Source: Octopus vulgaris
Lineage: Eukaryota
Assembly (NCBI GenBank): GCA_951406725.2
Contig: OX597826.1
Coordinates: forward strand, 63,488,001 to 63,552,000
DNA: 64,000 nucleotides
Direction of reading: 5' to 3'
In this document: positions 63,871 to 64,000 of the stretch, one piece after another
How the letters are laid out: the number at the start of each line of letters is the position of its first letter
How positions within the stretch are numbered: the stretch's first letter is position 1
Position numbers and translations under genes: made by a program
The notes under the pieces: generated by a model
Database searches by the model: none
What the model was told of the DNA's origin: nothing
The model's input: the letters and a program-made list of their open reading frames with translations, nothing else

Positions 63871-64000
63871 ATGTGCTTCCACTCTTGTTGCATCCTTCAA
63901 AAATTCCAAGCTGCCCAAAATTCACCAACACTATCTCTGATGTGCCCATGTACCCTTTTCTCTCTATGGCTCTTTTGCTGTTCATTTTACTGTCTCCCTG

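Overview
AT-rich, repeat-dense animal genomic DNA. The SINE/LINE repertoire and abundant TA, TACA and ATT microsatellites suggest an Octopus genome (inference). Two protein-coding genes are supported. (1) A complete three-exon fucose-1-phosphate guanylyltransferase (FPGT) on + at 43106-43178, 47563-47736 and 51140-52674, giving 593 aa with GT-AG introns in consistent phase. (2) The last two coding exons of a convergent gene on - at 62567-62998 and 60524-60691, ending in an atypical FYVE-type zinc finger, most like invertebrate MTMR6/7/8 myotubularins. A possible third gene has its 5' end on - near 2.1-5.4 kb. The rest is tRNA-derived SINEs (Nin-, CORE- and V-domain types), RTE, BovB-like, R4/Dong-like and L2/CR1-like LINE fragments, mariner/Tc1 remnants, TA- and TTAA-target MITEs, Helitrons and simple repeats. 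The most interesting signal is a set of short elements next to (TA)n tracts that form long fold-back palindromes and/or carry minimal type I hammerhead ribozyme folds with short self-complementary stem III. These folds show three Watson-Crick versions of the 3-8 core pair (C-G, G-C, U-A) plus an A6U variant, and look like Penelope-like element termini. One ribozyme-bearing ~385-bp hairpin lies about 1 kb downstream of the myotubularin-like stop codon. All calls are by eye and no searches were run.
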